From positions 24,465 through 76,149 of the forward strand of contig MQRK01234477.1 of assembly GCA_001938485.1 (NCBI GenBank): a stretch of DNA of 51,685 bases, written 5' to 3'. The first letter of the stretch is position 1. Every line of letters begins with the position of its first letter. Positions 10,483 through 22,609 of this stretch are shown here, piece by piece. Source of the DNA: Girardia tigrina (Eukaryota). The notes beneath the pieces were generated by a model. It was not told the origin of the DNA. It did no database searches and worked only from the letters and a program-made list of their open reading frames with translations. The position numbers and the translations under genes are program-made.

Positions 10483-13400
10483 TTGAAGAAACCTCAACTG
10501 GCTGAAGTAAATTATCTTTCTAAAAACCATGTGGTAACATATATTGGCTATTGTTCAAATGAAAAGTAGATAGTTTCCCCACTACCTTTCCCGTATATAG
10601 AATTACTAACTACAATCAAAGAAATTCCAACAGCACTTCTAGTTCGAAAAATGTACGTTAAACTTATTTAAAAATTATTTTCAATGAATAATTTATTTTA
10701 TTTTATCTTTACAAATATTTAATTAGTCGAATGAAACTTGAATTGTTAATATAGCAGACAATGGTATTTGGTATTCATTTTCGTGTTCTTAAGACAATAT
10801 GTACTTATTTCATTTTGATACACAGATTTGAATTCAACAATTACCCAATACATAACATCTGTCCATCCCTGTCTGGTAATTATCTGGAAAACTGTTAGAA
10901 TTGCAAATCCCATGTGATCGAAATTTGTAATCCCATAATTAGGACCAGGATATTTAGTAACTTGTGAATTATTTACTTCATAAAGACAAATCCATTCTTG
11001 GCCGTCTATCAAAGGAGGAACTTTATCACAAGTGTACGATGATGCAATAGTTGGATCCATGCTACACGGAACAGGCTTTGACGTCATTTGATAAGTAACA
11101 TTACTGTAACATGTTGTTTGAAATATTCCCATGAACAAATTTATGCCAATGATAGCAAAGATTATTATAACAAATAAAACTAATACACCAATATCAGCCA
11201 AAGGTCTCATGGCAATTAAGATTGAATTCAAAACAAGTTGAAGACCTTAAAATACATACATATAAATAATTGTAGAGTAAAAATTACTAGGGAGCCTCGA
11301 AACCAGTCGAAGTGGCCTTAAAACTCGGAAAGCTCGTATAGCCTTGACATCTATTTTACTTTGATTTAAACTTGTTAATATGATTGTGAGAAATCTAAAA
11401 TAAATTAATAAAATAAGTAAAGTTGGAAAAGATTTATCAATAATTAGAATAATTTGATTATTAAATCAGATACAATATTAATTTCATTTTTCAAAGCTAG
11501 GTTACTTGAGTGTATGCTATTCCAGTTTATATACCTTACAATCATTAGCATGTGACAATTTTTATTTTCATATGTTTAGATATCTAATAAGGAATTTTTA
11601 ACTTATCTGAGTTGTCTACCAAGCAATTGAGCATGAAACCTATCAGCTTGGAGTACATGATTGTGGGGACACACATAATGTTAGTTGCCTTGATATCGTT
11701 TTCGTTATTCGAAGTCAAATTCAGTTTTATAAGCACAAATTTTAATTTTTATTTCAAACAAATTCAAGTAAATTTTTCAACTTTCTTTTAATAATCATTT
11801 TGCGAAAATTTATCTTAACAATCCAATTCTGATAAAATTTCTTAAAACTGAAACTTAAAAATAATATCTAAATCAATTAAAATTTATTCTAAAATAAATA
11901 CACATTTTAAAAATAAACAATTCTGGGCAAGATAATTAAAGTCTTTTTCCATTCTTTTAAATAGCTTACTTTCTATATACATGGATTTCTTTAGGTGGTC
12001 CATATTTATATATCCATCTATCCAGCAATATTTTCCGTAGCGTGTTCTCGTCTTGGTGGGCTACTGCTCTCAGACTAATATATCGGCTAAATTGATCAAT
12101 TATCGCTAAAATATTCTGGTATCCATTAACATTTCTCTTGAATGGACCACAAATGTCTATATATATATTTTCTGAAAAAGTTCCTCTGTGGATTGCTTAA
12201 TATGTCTTTCTTTGGTTTTTGCAGTAAGTGTTTTTCACTTTTGACAATTTATACAACTTTGAACAACTTCTTTTATCTTTTCCCTCATATTTTCGATGTC
12301 AAAATCATCTCTGATGTAGTTAAAAATCTTTTTTGCTCCCGTCATGACATAACATCTTATGCATATCTTCAATAAAATAAGTTCTTTTATTTTTCGGGAT
12401 CCAGTACTTATTATTTTCCGTTGCTACAATGTCATCTTTCAGTTTCCATCTCTTTGTTCTTCTTTGTTTCAAATCTTCCTTTATTTGTTCGATTTCTTCA
12501 TTGTCATTCTGCCATTTGAAACTATATGGTTTCTCGTGTAATGCCAGAATTAGCATTTTAATCTTTCCTTTCTTCGCTTCTTCATATGTTGTTTGACATT
12601 GACTACATAATTTGCCTTTCCTGTATTCCATTCTCATATCAATACCGCTGAGAAAATTTATCCATGTTTGAAATTGCGTTGTTATTGGATTCTTTGTGGT
12701 CATCATAAAGGTAATAGCTTTGTAATCTGTTCGCAACAGGAATCTTTTTTCATATAAGAAATGCTTAAAATGCTAAGTGAAATACTAGATTGCAAGTAAT
12801 TCTTTTCTGATAATGCAATAACTAAGTTCATGTTTATTCATCTTATGAAAACCATATGCAATAACTCTTTCTCTTGCACTCGAGTCTTTCTTACAGTACT
12901 GCTCCAATCGTATCGAAACTTTCATTTGTGTCCAATATGAATTCTTTATCGAAGTCTGAATATGCCAAGATTGGAGTTTGAACCACTCTTTCTTTTAATC
13001 TTTGAAAAGCTACGTCACATTCTTTTGACCATATTATTGGGTTGTTGCATAAGTTCCCGCCGTTACATGAAACTATTTGTTCTACAAAGACTTTTTGATG
13101 TTTGACGAAGGGTTATATACCATTAGAAAGCCCGTACTATGCTCTATAAGATTAAAGTAATCGTTTTTGCCTATATAATTTTTTTGACTTTTTTAAGAAC
13201 CGTCAAATGAATTGTCAAGTCGACAAAAAATCGCATTTTCGACACTTCCTTCTTTTCGCCTTTAATCTAGGTCAAAAAGCGAGTGAAGTTACCAGAGATA
13301 TTTGTACCGTGTATGGAGAGGACGCTATAGCTGAGAGAACTGCTCGGGATTGGTTTGCCAAGTTCAAACACGATAATTTTCACCTCAACGACGCTCCTCA

Positions 13401-16400
13401 TTCCGGAAGACCAGTCGAGATGGACGAAGACCAACTCAGGGATCTTTTGAAGGAAGACGGCCTCCTGAGGTGCAGAGAATTGGTCGAAAAGATGAATTGT
13501 GATTTTGCGAAAATTTCACGCCATCTTCAGTCGATGGGTTTCACTCAAAAGCTCGGAGCCTGGGTTCCGCACGAACTCACCCAAAAACAGAAGGATAAGC
13601 GGCTTTTCATTGCTGCTCAAAATCTCGCTCGACACCAAGGAACCCATGGCCACAGGCAACGTTTCTTATACAGAATCGTCACTGGAGACGAGAAATGGTG
13701 TCTCTATATGAATATGAAGCAAAGGAAAGAGTTGGTGAGTCCTGGAGAGAAGCCTAAGCCCAGGATCAAGAAAGATCTGCACCCGATGAAGACAATGATT
13801 TGCGTATGGGGGGATTGGGAAGGTCTAATCCACTGGGAAATGCTTGGAAAGAACATGACAGTAGAAAAGAATCTCTATAAAGCCCAATTGCTGCGAGTCA
13901 ATGAGGCAATTCAACAAAAAAGACCGGATCGACAAGACCAGGTGATCCTCCTCCATGACAATGCTCGACCACACACCGAAAAAACTGTCAAGATGGCACT
14001 CCAAGAACTCGGTTGGGAGGTCCTTCAACATCCTCTCTATTCCCCAGACCTCGACCCGACGGATTACCATCTCTTCCGCTGCCTTTCAAATAAAATGAGA
14101 GATCTTAGCTTGGAAAATCAGAATCATCTTGAGAATTAACTCAACAACTTCTTCGAGACTCGACCTAAGGATTTCTGGAGAAATGGAATCAACAAACTGG
14201 TGGAAAGATGGGAAGAAGTAGTGAACAATGAAGGAGAGTACATAATTATTATTTGTTATTATTTTTGCTGTTAAAATTTTATGATTTTATTAAATATATA
14301 ATTAACTTAGTCATTATTTTGGTTGTTAAAATTCTTTGATTTCTTTGAAAATAAACGTTTAAAAAACGGTGGAAACTTATGCAACAACCCAATATTTTCT
14401 TATCGTTGTTTTTACTACACATGCTTTCTAAAACTTATAAATATCTTGCATAATCTTTTATGAATTTACTGTAATAATTTGTTAAACCTAAGAAACTCCT
14501 TAAATATTTAATACATGATGGGTTTTGAAACTTGTTAATCGCATCAATTTTTGTGTTATCTGTTTCTATGACCTCTTTACTTATTACGTATTCCAAAAAC
14601 TTGGTCTTTTCTACTAGAAATTGACATTTCTCTGAGCTTATCTTTAAACCTGATTCTTTGATTTTTCGAAACACGTTCTTTATTCTTTGTAGATGTTCTT
14701 TCTTATCTTTAAAAAATATTAAAATATCGTCTAGATATACAACTGCTTCCTTACAATTCCATTGCCCCAGAATTTTCACCATTAGTTCTTGAAAGGTGCC
14801 CGGAAGGCATTCTTTTAAAACAATATTGACCATTCTTTGTCGAGAATGCCGTTTTAATCTTTGATTCTTCATCAAGTTCAACTTGATAGAATGCGTTTCC
14901 AAAGTCAATTGTACTGAAACACTTTGCTCCGTTTAATGTATTCAACATATCATCCACATTTGGCATAGGGAATGCAGGTCTGAGAGTAACTTTATTTAAT
15001 TGTCGAAAATCCATGCACACTCATATTTCTTGTTTCTCTTTCTTCCATACCAATGGAAAGTTCCATGGTGAACTACATATTTTGATTATATCATGTTCTT
15101 CATTCGTCTATTTTTTCATCAAAGTGCCTTGGTTGTCTAGACGGCTTTACTAATACCGGTTCACCATTAGTTTCTATTTGTGTTTCGTCAATGATGTTTT
15201 TCTAATATCCCATTTATCTACCATATCGACTTAAACTCCTTTATCATGTTCATCAACTAGTCATCGATTTTTCCACTGTATAGTTCCGTTATCCTTTTCA
15301 ATCTGTCTTCATCGAATCGGCTATGTCTTATCATAAATACATCACTATTTTGTATTGATTTCTTAATCAGCTTTATCTCAAAATTATCCAAAACTTCCAC
15401 TCCTGGTATCATTTCCGGGTCCATTCCTTTGACAACATAAAATTTTACAATATTTTGGTTCCCTTGAATTTTAATCTTCAAGAGTACTGTTCCATAATTT
15501 ATTAATTCCGAAGTATTTGCGCATGCTAAACGTCTTCGCGATTCTTTAATCTTAATATTTGGTATGTTTTTAATTAAACTTGCTTCAATCACATTTACTC
15601 TAGCACCGATGTCTAAAAGACTTCTCTATCTTTGATGTAAAAATCTATACTTGGTCTACCATCCAGTTTGTCATATTTAATGTTAAGCTTTGTTATTTTT
15701 AAAATTTCTTCATTCTTCGTTTTGTTTCTCATTTGTTCCATTTTACTACTAAAACAGTTTTCTTCACATTCTTCTTTCCAACAATCTAATTTACAAACTT
15801 CGAGGGGGTTATTTCCAGTAATACAATTACATATACAATCATACTTAATTTCATCACTTAATGAAGCACATTGATCACCTCTCCTTGCGATCGTGCCTCT
15901 TGGTTTCCCTGATTCTTTTCATACATTTTTCTCTTATCTGGGAACACCCTTTTGGGAACAACCTTTCCTTGATTTGATCTAGTCTCTTCGTATTCGCTGT
16001 CGTCATAGTATTCATCAATTTCCGCAACTGGACTTCGTCGATTTCGAGGTTTTTACGGTATCTTAGATTATTTGCTTTCCTTCAATCGTTGTTTCTACTG
16101 TACTGTTCTCTTTCCTTAAATCTATTCTTGTTGAGATAACATTGAGTTCTATAATGGTCTTTTCTGTTGCAGTGAGTAACTTCACATTCGGGCAGTCTCT
16201 TCTTATGTGGCCTTCTTCTTGACATGCATAGCATTTTACAGTTCTGTAATAAATGTTTTTTGGTTTGAATCCATTATTTCCTTGGTTCCTACTGTTGTGT
16301 TCGAAATGTCTTTTCGGGGTTCTTTTTTTGTGTACAACTTTGCGTCTACTTACCGAGATCAAATTATCTTGTTTATTTACTGTCGTATATGCTGCCACTG

Positions 16401-19400
16401 TTTCCTCACTTTCCGTTTTACGTAGTTCTTACATATTGGTAACTACGCTTTTTATATTTTTGGTTTCAGTTGTTCCTCTTAGTTTTGATTCTTTTTTGAT
16501 TTCATACCTATCAACCATACTTATACAGGCAATGTTGAGTAGTTCTTTTTTATACAATGTTTCTTTTGTTAGTATTATTAAGAACACCAATTTGATTTTT
16601 CATATTTTTATTAACACAACAATTTTGATTGTCTTTAAGACAATCTTTGTCAAAGCTTTCGTACGAGTGCATTCTAACTAAATTGATTAATGACTTTAAT
16701 CTTATTATTTTTAGGAAATGGTGATACAAATAATTTTTTAAAATATTTACTCAAAACTTATTGGATAAAAATTTAAATGATTATTAATTATTTTAAAAAT
16801 ATTAATTCGATTTATTGATTAAAAGTTGTAAATAAAATTAATTAACATATTTAAAATTTTACAATTATTTTAAATTAGAAATTAATTTAAACATTACATA
16901 TTTTTAGATAATAAGAATTAAAATATTAATCATCCATCTCGCTAGGAGAGACACAATTCCAAATCAACATACAACATTCAAACACAAAACATCAAACATT
17001 TAAAATATTCCTCACATCCCCCTCGATTTAAATGGCTTTAGCCATTCAACATTTCTAATAAAAATTCTTCCATCTTCAAGTTGTAACTCATAGCTTCTTT
17101 CATGATTTCTTTTCCCCAATGTTGCGGTACCCATGTAACGGTCATCTTCTTTAGAGACATTTTCCTTCTTAATCAATACTTTGTCTCCGACTTCGAAAAT
17201 TCTTCTAGTCTCTATTTTTTGTTCAACTGCTTTCAAATTTTTGTTATCTTCGTGATTATTTTTCCACCCTTGTCTCAGTTTTTTTCCAAATACTATATCG
17301 GCCGGTGACATATCTGACGTGGCTTGTATAGTATTATCTAACATAAAACTCGACTTCTGATAAGACTTCGGTCCAATCTTTATGATCTCCATCTTTCATT
17401 CTAATATTCAAAGCATCTCTGATCGTGTGAAACTGACTTTCCACCATCCCATTTGTATTATGATGATATGGACTCTAATAGAATACCTCAACTTGAATTT
17501 TTTTCGCCATGTCCTTGAACAAGGCCGATTTAAATGTTTTTCCTCTGTCTACGTGGATTTCTTTTGGTGGTCCCAATTTCCATATCCATCTATCCATTAA
17601 AAATTTTCTAACTGTTTTTTTCATCTTGACTAGCCGCTGCATTCAGGCTAATATATCTACTAAACTGGTCAATTATTGCAAATATATATTGACATCCATT
17701 TATATTTCTTTTGAATGGTCCACAAAAATCAATATATATTTTCTGGAAAGGTTCATTCGCTAATTGCTTTATATGCTTTTCTTTCGTTTTGGTTGTTAGA
17801 ATCTTCCTTTTCTGACAATTTATGCAACTTTGAACAATTTCTTTTATAAAGCCTCTCATATTTTCCATGTTTAAATCATCTCGCAGGTAGTTATGGGCCT
17901 TTTTACTACTTCCATGACACAACAATTTGTGCATTTCTTCAATAAAATTTTTCCTCTGCCTTTGGGATCCAGTATTTATTATCTTGATTTATTTCTTTGT
18001 ATAATTTTTTATACAGAAAACTATTGTTCACTTAAAGTTGACAATTAAAATTTCTTTCACTGTATTAAAGGAATTTAGATAGAATTTTGAAAGTATTACT
18101 TGCTGGAGCGACCGTTTAAAAAGTGGTCCTTCAGTGAGAAAAGGAAATTATTGGAGAAAATATATATTGGTTCGTACCAGAAAGAGTGAGAATGATGTTA
18201 TATTTCTATGTTTGTGATCTGTAAAAGCGGAAATTACTTGTGCAGTATATAGTAACATATAAAGAGTAAAAATATGTAATAGTTAAAAAATATTGACAGA
18301 AAATATTTATTGAATACTTGTTTGAATATTGGTTGATTTATTTGTCTGTATGATGGCGGTAAATCGAAAAAATTTTCGTTTCTATACCTTCTCCCGTTAT
18401 TCACTCGGCATAACGGGAAGTGAAATTTATCAGGAAATTATCTCTGTTCATGGTGCTGACAGTGTTGGAGAATCTACAGTGTATCGGTGTATAACTGAAT
18501 TTGACAATGGCAAGACTTCTTTTGCTTGGGAAAACTGCAGGAGAAAATCAACAAAAACAACCCTTGAAAACATTCTGTTGGTCTCTGGAATTATTAACGC
18601 CAATGGTGCAGTGACCATTGACGAAATTGATGATGAGACATCCCTCAGCCATGGAATCATTCAGCGTATTGTGAGTGACCATTTGGGATTTCGGTCTGTT
18701 GCTGTAAGTGGGATCCTCATGCATTGTGAAATGATCAAAAGGTTAATCGTGTCACTACTGCAAAGGAATGGTTTAAAATTTTGAAAAGCATATTGTGATG
18801 GTGGATGAGAATTGGTTTTACATGAGAACTGTTGGCAAGAAAAGAAGCAACCGTTGCTGGGTTTCCCCTGATGGTGATCACAGTGAACCCATTCATGTCA
18901 TGAAACGTAGTCAGTTTGACAAAAAAATCATGCCTGTCATCGCAGTGTCCTTGACTGGCAAATATCATTGCGAACTGCTGCAGGAGAGAGAAAGCATGAA
19001 TAGCGAGCGTTATGTCACTTTTCTTGTTAATATGGAGAAGAAGTTTAGTCGACATGTGTTTCCACTCAACTGGAGAAACATGATTTTCGTGCAAGACAAC
19101 GCGAGGCCTCATGTTTCCAAAGTCCATGTTTCTCGCAAACAAGAATGCTACCTTGCTCCGTCAATCACCATATTCCCCTGATTATAACATCTTGGATCGC
19201 TTTATTCACCCTTACTTGGAAGATCAGCGACACAAAACCAATTTTCAATCTGCAGATGAGTTACATCAATTCATTACATCAGAACTGAAAAATATTTCTG
19301 CTGATCAATGGTCACCTGAGATGGGAAAACTGATACAATGCCTCTCTAATGTTATAAAGAAGAATGGTGATTATGAATTAATGTATTACACAAGGTTGTT

Positions 19401-22400
19401 TTTTTACATTGCTCGTTAAAAATGATATTGACATTTCAAAAGTCTCATTCTTTCTGGTATGAACTAATATAAAATAAATAAAGTATTTTTAATATAAACA
19501 CGAAAATATTGTTGATTAGGTAGATCAATTAAGCATTATCAATTTTTGATATTATTCTTCTTCATTCACTCGATATGTCTTTGCTCTTACTACAAAAAAA
19601 GATTGGCGTACCTTAAATATAAAAATTCACTGAATTAATACTTCTCAGATTATTCTTTTGTGGTCACTTATTATACATACATTGACGTTTTGAAGATCAG
19701 AGCATTTTCAAAACCATAAGTAATTACGGATGAGTGAATAAAAATGGTTGATTTATTTTATTGATTTAGTTATTAAATATAACTTATAAGATTATCAAAT
19801 TGATTTAAATAGTTATCGTAAATTGTTAATAAAATAACTGATTCAATTATTTAACATATGATGTAAAATTGTTTTCTTTTTCTTTTCCGTTAATATTTTA
19901 AACTAAAGTATTCATTTGTAACTCTTATTTAATGTTTCCACATTATCAAAATAGATTTCCAAATAAATATATGGAAATTAAATATTGGTACGAAATAATT
20001 AAACATCATTAATCAAGTTTATTCAAATTAGAATTTAGTTAAGTTTTAAAGTTTGAGAAATTAGAAAATGTTTGATAATCCTCCTTCCTGTACGGTAATG
20101 TTATTATAAGCCAAATGGGTTTATTTGAGCCGATGAAAATGCGTTGAAATTATGTTCTAAATAATACAAAGAAAACTTAATAGTTTATGAGAACGTTGTT
20201 TTTTCATAGTTCAGAGATGTCTGGCAATGAGCACAAATGATATTTTTTCCAGACAACAATTTATTAGTCGATCAAAAATTCAATAGATATGTTAAGATGT
20301 TTGTGAGTGTGAGGAATATTTTAAATTTGGTATGTTGAAATTGGTTTGTTGAATTTTGTATGTTGAGTTTAGTATTTGTTAATGTGTTTCTCCCACCCAG
20401 ATGGAAAATTGTTGTTTTGGATGTTCACGATAGATAATTATTCGAGTATAATTTTCATTTTAAAGTACAGCATAAGATATGTAAAAACATTAAAAATATA
20501 AAATCTTTTCAAATTTTCATATTAAAATGTAAATAAAGTAAATAGTTTTAACTAAGTTTTGAATTAAATAAATGTTCTTTCTTTCGATAAAATAATTTTT
20601 AAATAAAATTAATATGTAAATAAAATTATTACTAAAATTACAAATTTGAACTTTAAAAATAAAATCTGAAAATAATAAAAAAATTGTTCGAATAATTGTT
20701 TAACTAAAAGTTATCAATTTAGAACGATGTCGAATTACGAGAGTTTTGCTGAGAGTTGTCCAAAAGACAATTCTGATTGTATTGAAAATAAAAGTTCGAA
20801 AACCCATGTCGGTGTTCTTAATAGTGAATTTGATGTATTATATGATGTATAATATGGTGCAAAGTATGTTATCTCTTCCAATCAGGGATCAACTGTGCGG
20901 CCAGTGGGCATACTTCTACGTAGTATCCCTGAGTAACTAGAGATCTCGGTCTCTAGGCTAAAGTGTCCAAGAGCTAGTCGATTATTGCGGAACAGCCGGC
21001 AATAGATCGTATTCAGAAATGGGCCAGCAATCCATTCCCTAGGCTAAGCTTTACAATCTGGGTGTGAAGGCTGTGGGGAGTAGTGACCCCGCTGTCGATG
21101 GTTGGATTGCATCTTAATGATCTGGGATGAATCAATCCCGTTGAAGGGTGTCATAATGACGTCGTTGCATCTTCGGACAGGCGGAACAAAGGCATGGATC
21201 CCAACATTGGGGGAGTGCCCGTTGAGAACCATCAGCGTCCCAGGTCTCCTATAAAGCATCAGGCTTAATACCGGAAAGCAGTAGAGGTGCATCTCTTCCA
21301 AAAATAATTGACAAACTATAATTTTAAAATTTAACGAATTCAAAGTAATTTGATTGCACTGATACGATTTGATTTAATTAAAATATGCTAAATTAAATTG
21401 TCGATAAATTTAAATTGTATCATTAAATTCGTATCTTAACATTCAATAATTTTGAGAAAATCTCAGTAACTTCTATCGGATATATAATACGATTATTTTA
21501 TACAAATACTAATTTTTCATAATTAGACCATAAATATTAAATAGAAACCATTAATCATCAATAAATATCATAAAATACATACATTAAATTTTACCTATAT
21601 TAACAGTTACAAACTAATCTTACCCCAAAGCAACCACACTGAAATCTAAAATATTCCAAAAACTTCTCAGATACGATTTGGGATGAAGAACGAATCCATA
21701 AATGATGATCTTCATTATGCATTCGATTAGAAAGATCGCCAGAAAATATGGTTCAGACAATTCCTATTATCCAAGAAATACGACATTTCAAAATTTAAAA
21801 TTGCAAAAAGAATTTAAAAATGTACTATAAATTATAAAATTTAATAATAAATAAATACAGTTCAGTCAATCACTATAATCCAATAGTGATACAACATCAT
21901 TTAAAACTTTAAAAACCAAAAATATTAACAAAAACTTAAAATAAAATAAACAAAAAATAAAAAAAATAAAATAAGCATTAAAAAAAAACAAGATATAAAA
22001 TGCTATAAGAAAGTTTGCAGGAAAATATGATTGAAATAAATTCAAATCATTCGATAGCGATACGACTCTGATCGATCACTAACCAGCTTCTCATTGAGAC
22101 TATTTGAGTCATTATTCGAATACATTGTCGTCAAGGACAACACGATACAATTGGCGAATATCGCCAACATGATCACACTCTCAAATATTCTATATTGATC
22201 GATATATAAACGATTATCGCTCCTAATTAGACTCGTATCACTAATTACTTGGATTCCACAATTATCCTAATAAATTTCCTAAACCGATTGTGTTTTTTTA
22301 AACAAAACAACGATCGATCCGGTTTATTCCACGGACACAAAGCGGGTTTTTTCGATGAAAATTCATCATTGATATCGTAACTAAGAAAGGAACTAATGAA

Positions 22401-22424
22401 AACGGTTTTTTTCCGAGAATTCAT
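6293..22424 (-). CDS. Cav1: Voltage-gated calcium channel alpha1 subunit, Cav1 (L-type)-like, N-terminus and domain I (spliced)
   Basis: Seven GT-AG exons join in frame: 22249-22424, 22084-22189, 21624-21763, 11288-11394, 10845-11245, 8956-9059, 6293-6408. Motifs IFANCIVL (S1), [12 protein letters not shown] (S3), [18 protein letters not shown] (Cav1-type S4), [18 protein letters not shown] (pore), [23 protein letters not shown] (S6) and an AID-like Y..WI. Confidence 0.92.
6715..8030 (+). mobile_element. Degenerate Mutator-like (MULE) transposon
   Basis: Subterminal tandem TTCGTTCA-like units at about 6720-6795; transposase C-terminal motifs [37 protein letters not shown] with stops. Confidence 0.75.
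8956..9059 (-). CDS. Cav1-like exon 6 (IS6)
   Basis: 104 bp, [41 protein letters not shown] acceptor and GTTAG donor. Confidence 0.92.
9258..9670 (-). mobile_element. Solo Gypsy LTR (413 bp) in a Cav1 intron
   Basis: Homologous to the other LTRs at both ends (T[A]TGAGGAATATT ... GTGTTATTAATA); ATTAT on both flanks (5-bp TSD). Confidence 0.8.
9911..10434. other. Assembly gap flanked by (TA)n; other gaps near 23413, 40168, 43122 and 49685
   Basis: Runs of N. Confidence 0.99.
10845..11245 (-). CDS. Cav1-like exon 5 (IS5 and pore loop)
   Basis: [40 protein letters not shown]...[34 protein letters not shown]; overlaps ORF 10746-11231. Confidence 0.95.
11288..11394 (-). CDS. Cav1-like exon 4 (IS4 voltage sensor)
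   Basis: [35 protein letters not shown]; TTTTAG acceptor; 42-bp intron follows. Confidence 0.92.
13037..14392 (+). mobile_element. Full-length mariner (DD34D) element nested in Gypsy pol
   Basis: 28-bp TIRs TTGGGTTGTTGCATAAGTT(C/T)C(C)(G/A)CCGTT with 2 mismatches and a TA TSD; the Gypsy frame resumes across the insertion. Confidence 0.97.
13207..14250 (+). pseudogene. Mariner transposase with one premature stop near the C-terminus
   Basis: [34 protein letters not shown]; TAA at 14137-14139, after which the frame continues [34 protein letters not shown]. Confidence 0.92.
16576..17016 (-). mobile_element. 3' LTR (441 bp) of a Gypsy element
   Basis: On minus it follows the polypurine tract GAGGGGGA, starts TGTGAGGAATATTTTAAA and ends GGTGTTCTTAATA. 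Confidence 0.9.
17012..17990 (-). mobile_element. Gypsy integrase remnant attached to the 3' LTR
   Basis: HHCC zinc motif MHKLLCHG...CINCQKRK, core IYIDFCGPF...IIDQFSRY, C-terminus [14 protein letters not shown]. Confidence 0.9.
18167..19467 (+). mobile_element. Mariner-like element with frameshifted transposase
   Basis: TIRs TTGGTTCGTACCAGAAAGAGTGAGA / TCTCATTCTTTCTGGTATGAACTAA with TA flanks; motifs [25 protein letters not shown] spread over three ORFs. Confidence 0.92.
20308..20823 (+). mobile_element. Solo Gypsy LTR (516 bp)
   Basis: TGTGAGG...GTTCTTAATA; flanks GTGAG / GTGAA (5-bp TSD, 1 mismatch); highly similar to 38182-38709 and 50664-51029. Confidence 0.93.
20885..21300 (+). mobile_element. 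GC-richer remnant, probably the C-terminal region of an R2/NeSL-like non-LTR retrotransposon
   Basis: Abrupt rise in GC; broken peptides [33 protein letters not shown] resemble the region before the zinc knuckle in RLE-type elements (recalled). Confidence 0.35.
21624..21763 (-). CDS. Cav1-like exon 3 (IS2-IS3)
   Basis: 140 bp, [47 protein letters not shown], donor GTAAG. Confidence 0.92.
22084..22189 (-). CDS. Cav1-like exon 2 (IS1)
   Basis: 106 bp, [39 protein letters not shown] flanks. Confidence 0.9.
22249..22424 (-). CDS. Cav1-like exon 1 (start codon and pre-S1 helix)
   Basis: MNSRKK...[25 protein letters not shown]; donor GTAATT; 59-bp intron follows. An upstream exon cannot be excluded. 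Confidence 0.8.
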
Positions 22425-22609
22425 TTTTTCGTTTGTTAAAAATTAGTATATAAAAATTGAATGTGAATAATTATAATTATAATTTATCGAATTAATAATC
22501 ATTAATCTGTGAAATTAAAAATAGATTGGATAATTTAAAATTTGAATTGCGCTTAATGTTTTTCGATTGATGCATTTAAACAAACATAATAAAATTCTTA
22601 TTATTATAT

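Larger units (their letters stand above)
11940..16575 (-). mobile_element. Degenerate Ty3/Gypsy internal region (gag-PR-RT-RH-INT)
   Basis: Zinc knuckle [14 protein letters not shown]; protease LLDIGA; [36 protein letters not shown]; RNase [11 protein letters not shown]; integrase fragments. Many stops and frameshifts; interrupted by a mariner. Confidence 0.92.

Noticed and set aside
9805-10530. Long ORFs spanning N runs (also 23145-23528 and 49616-50717)
   Set aside because: Artefacts of assembly gaps and (TA)n repeats translating as YIYIYI and X.
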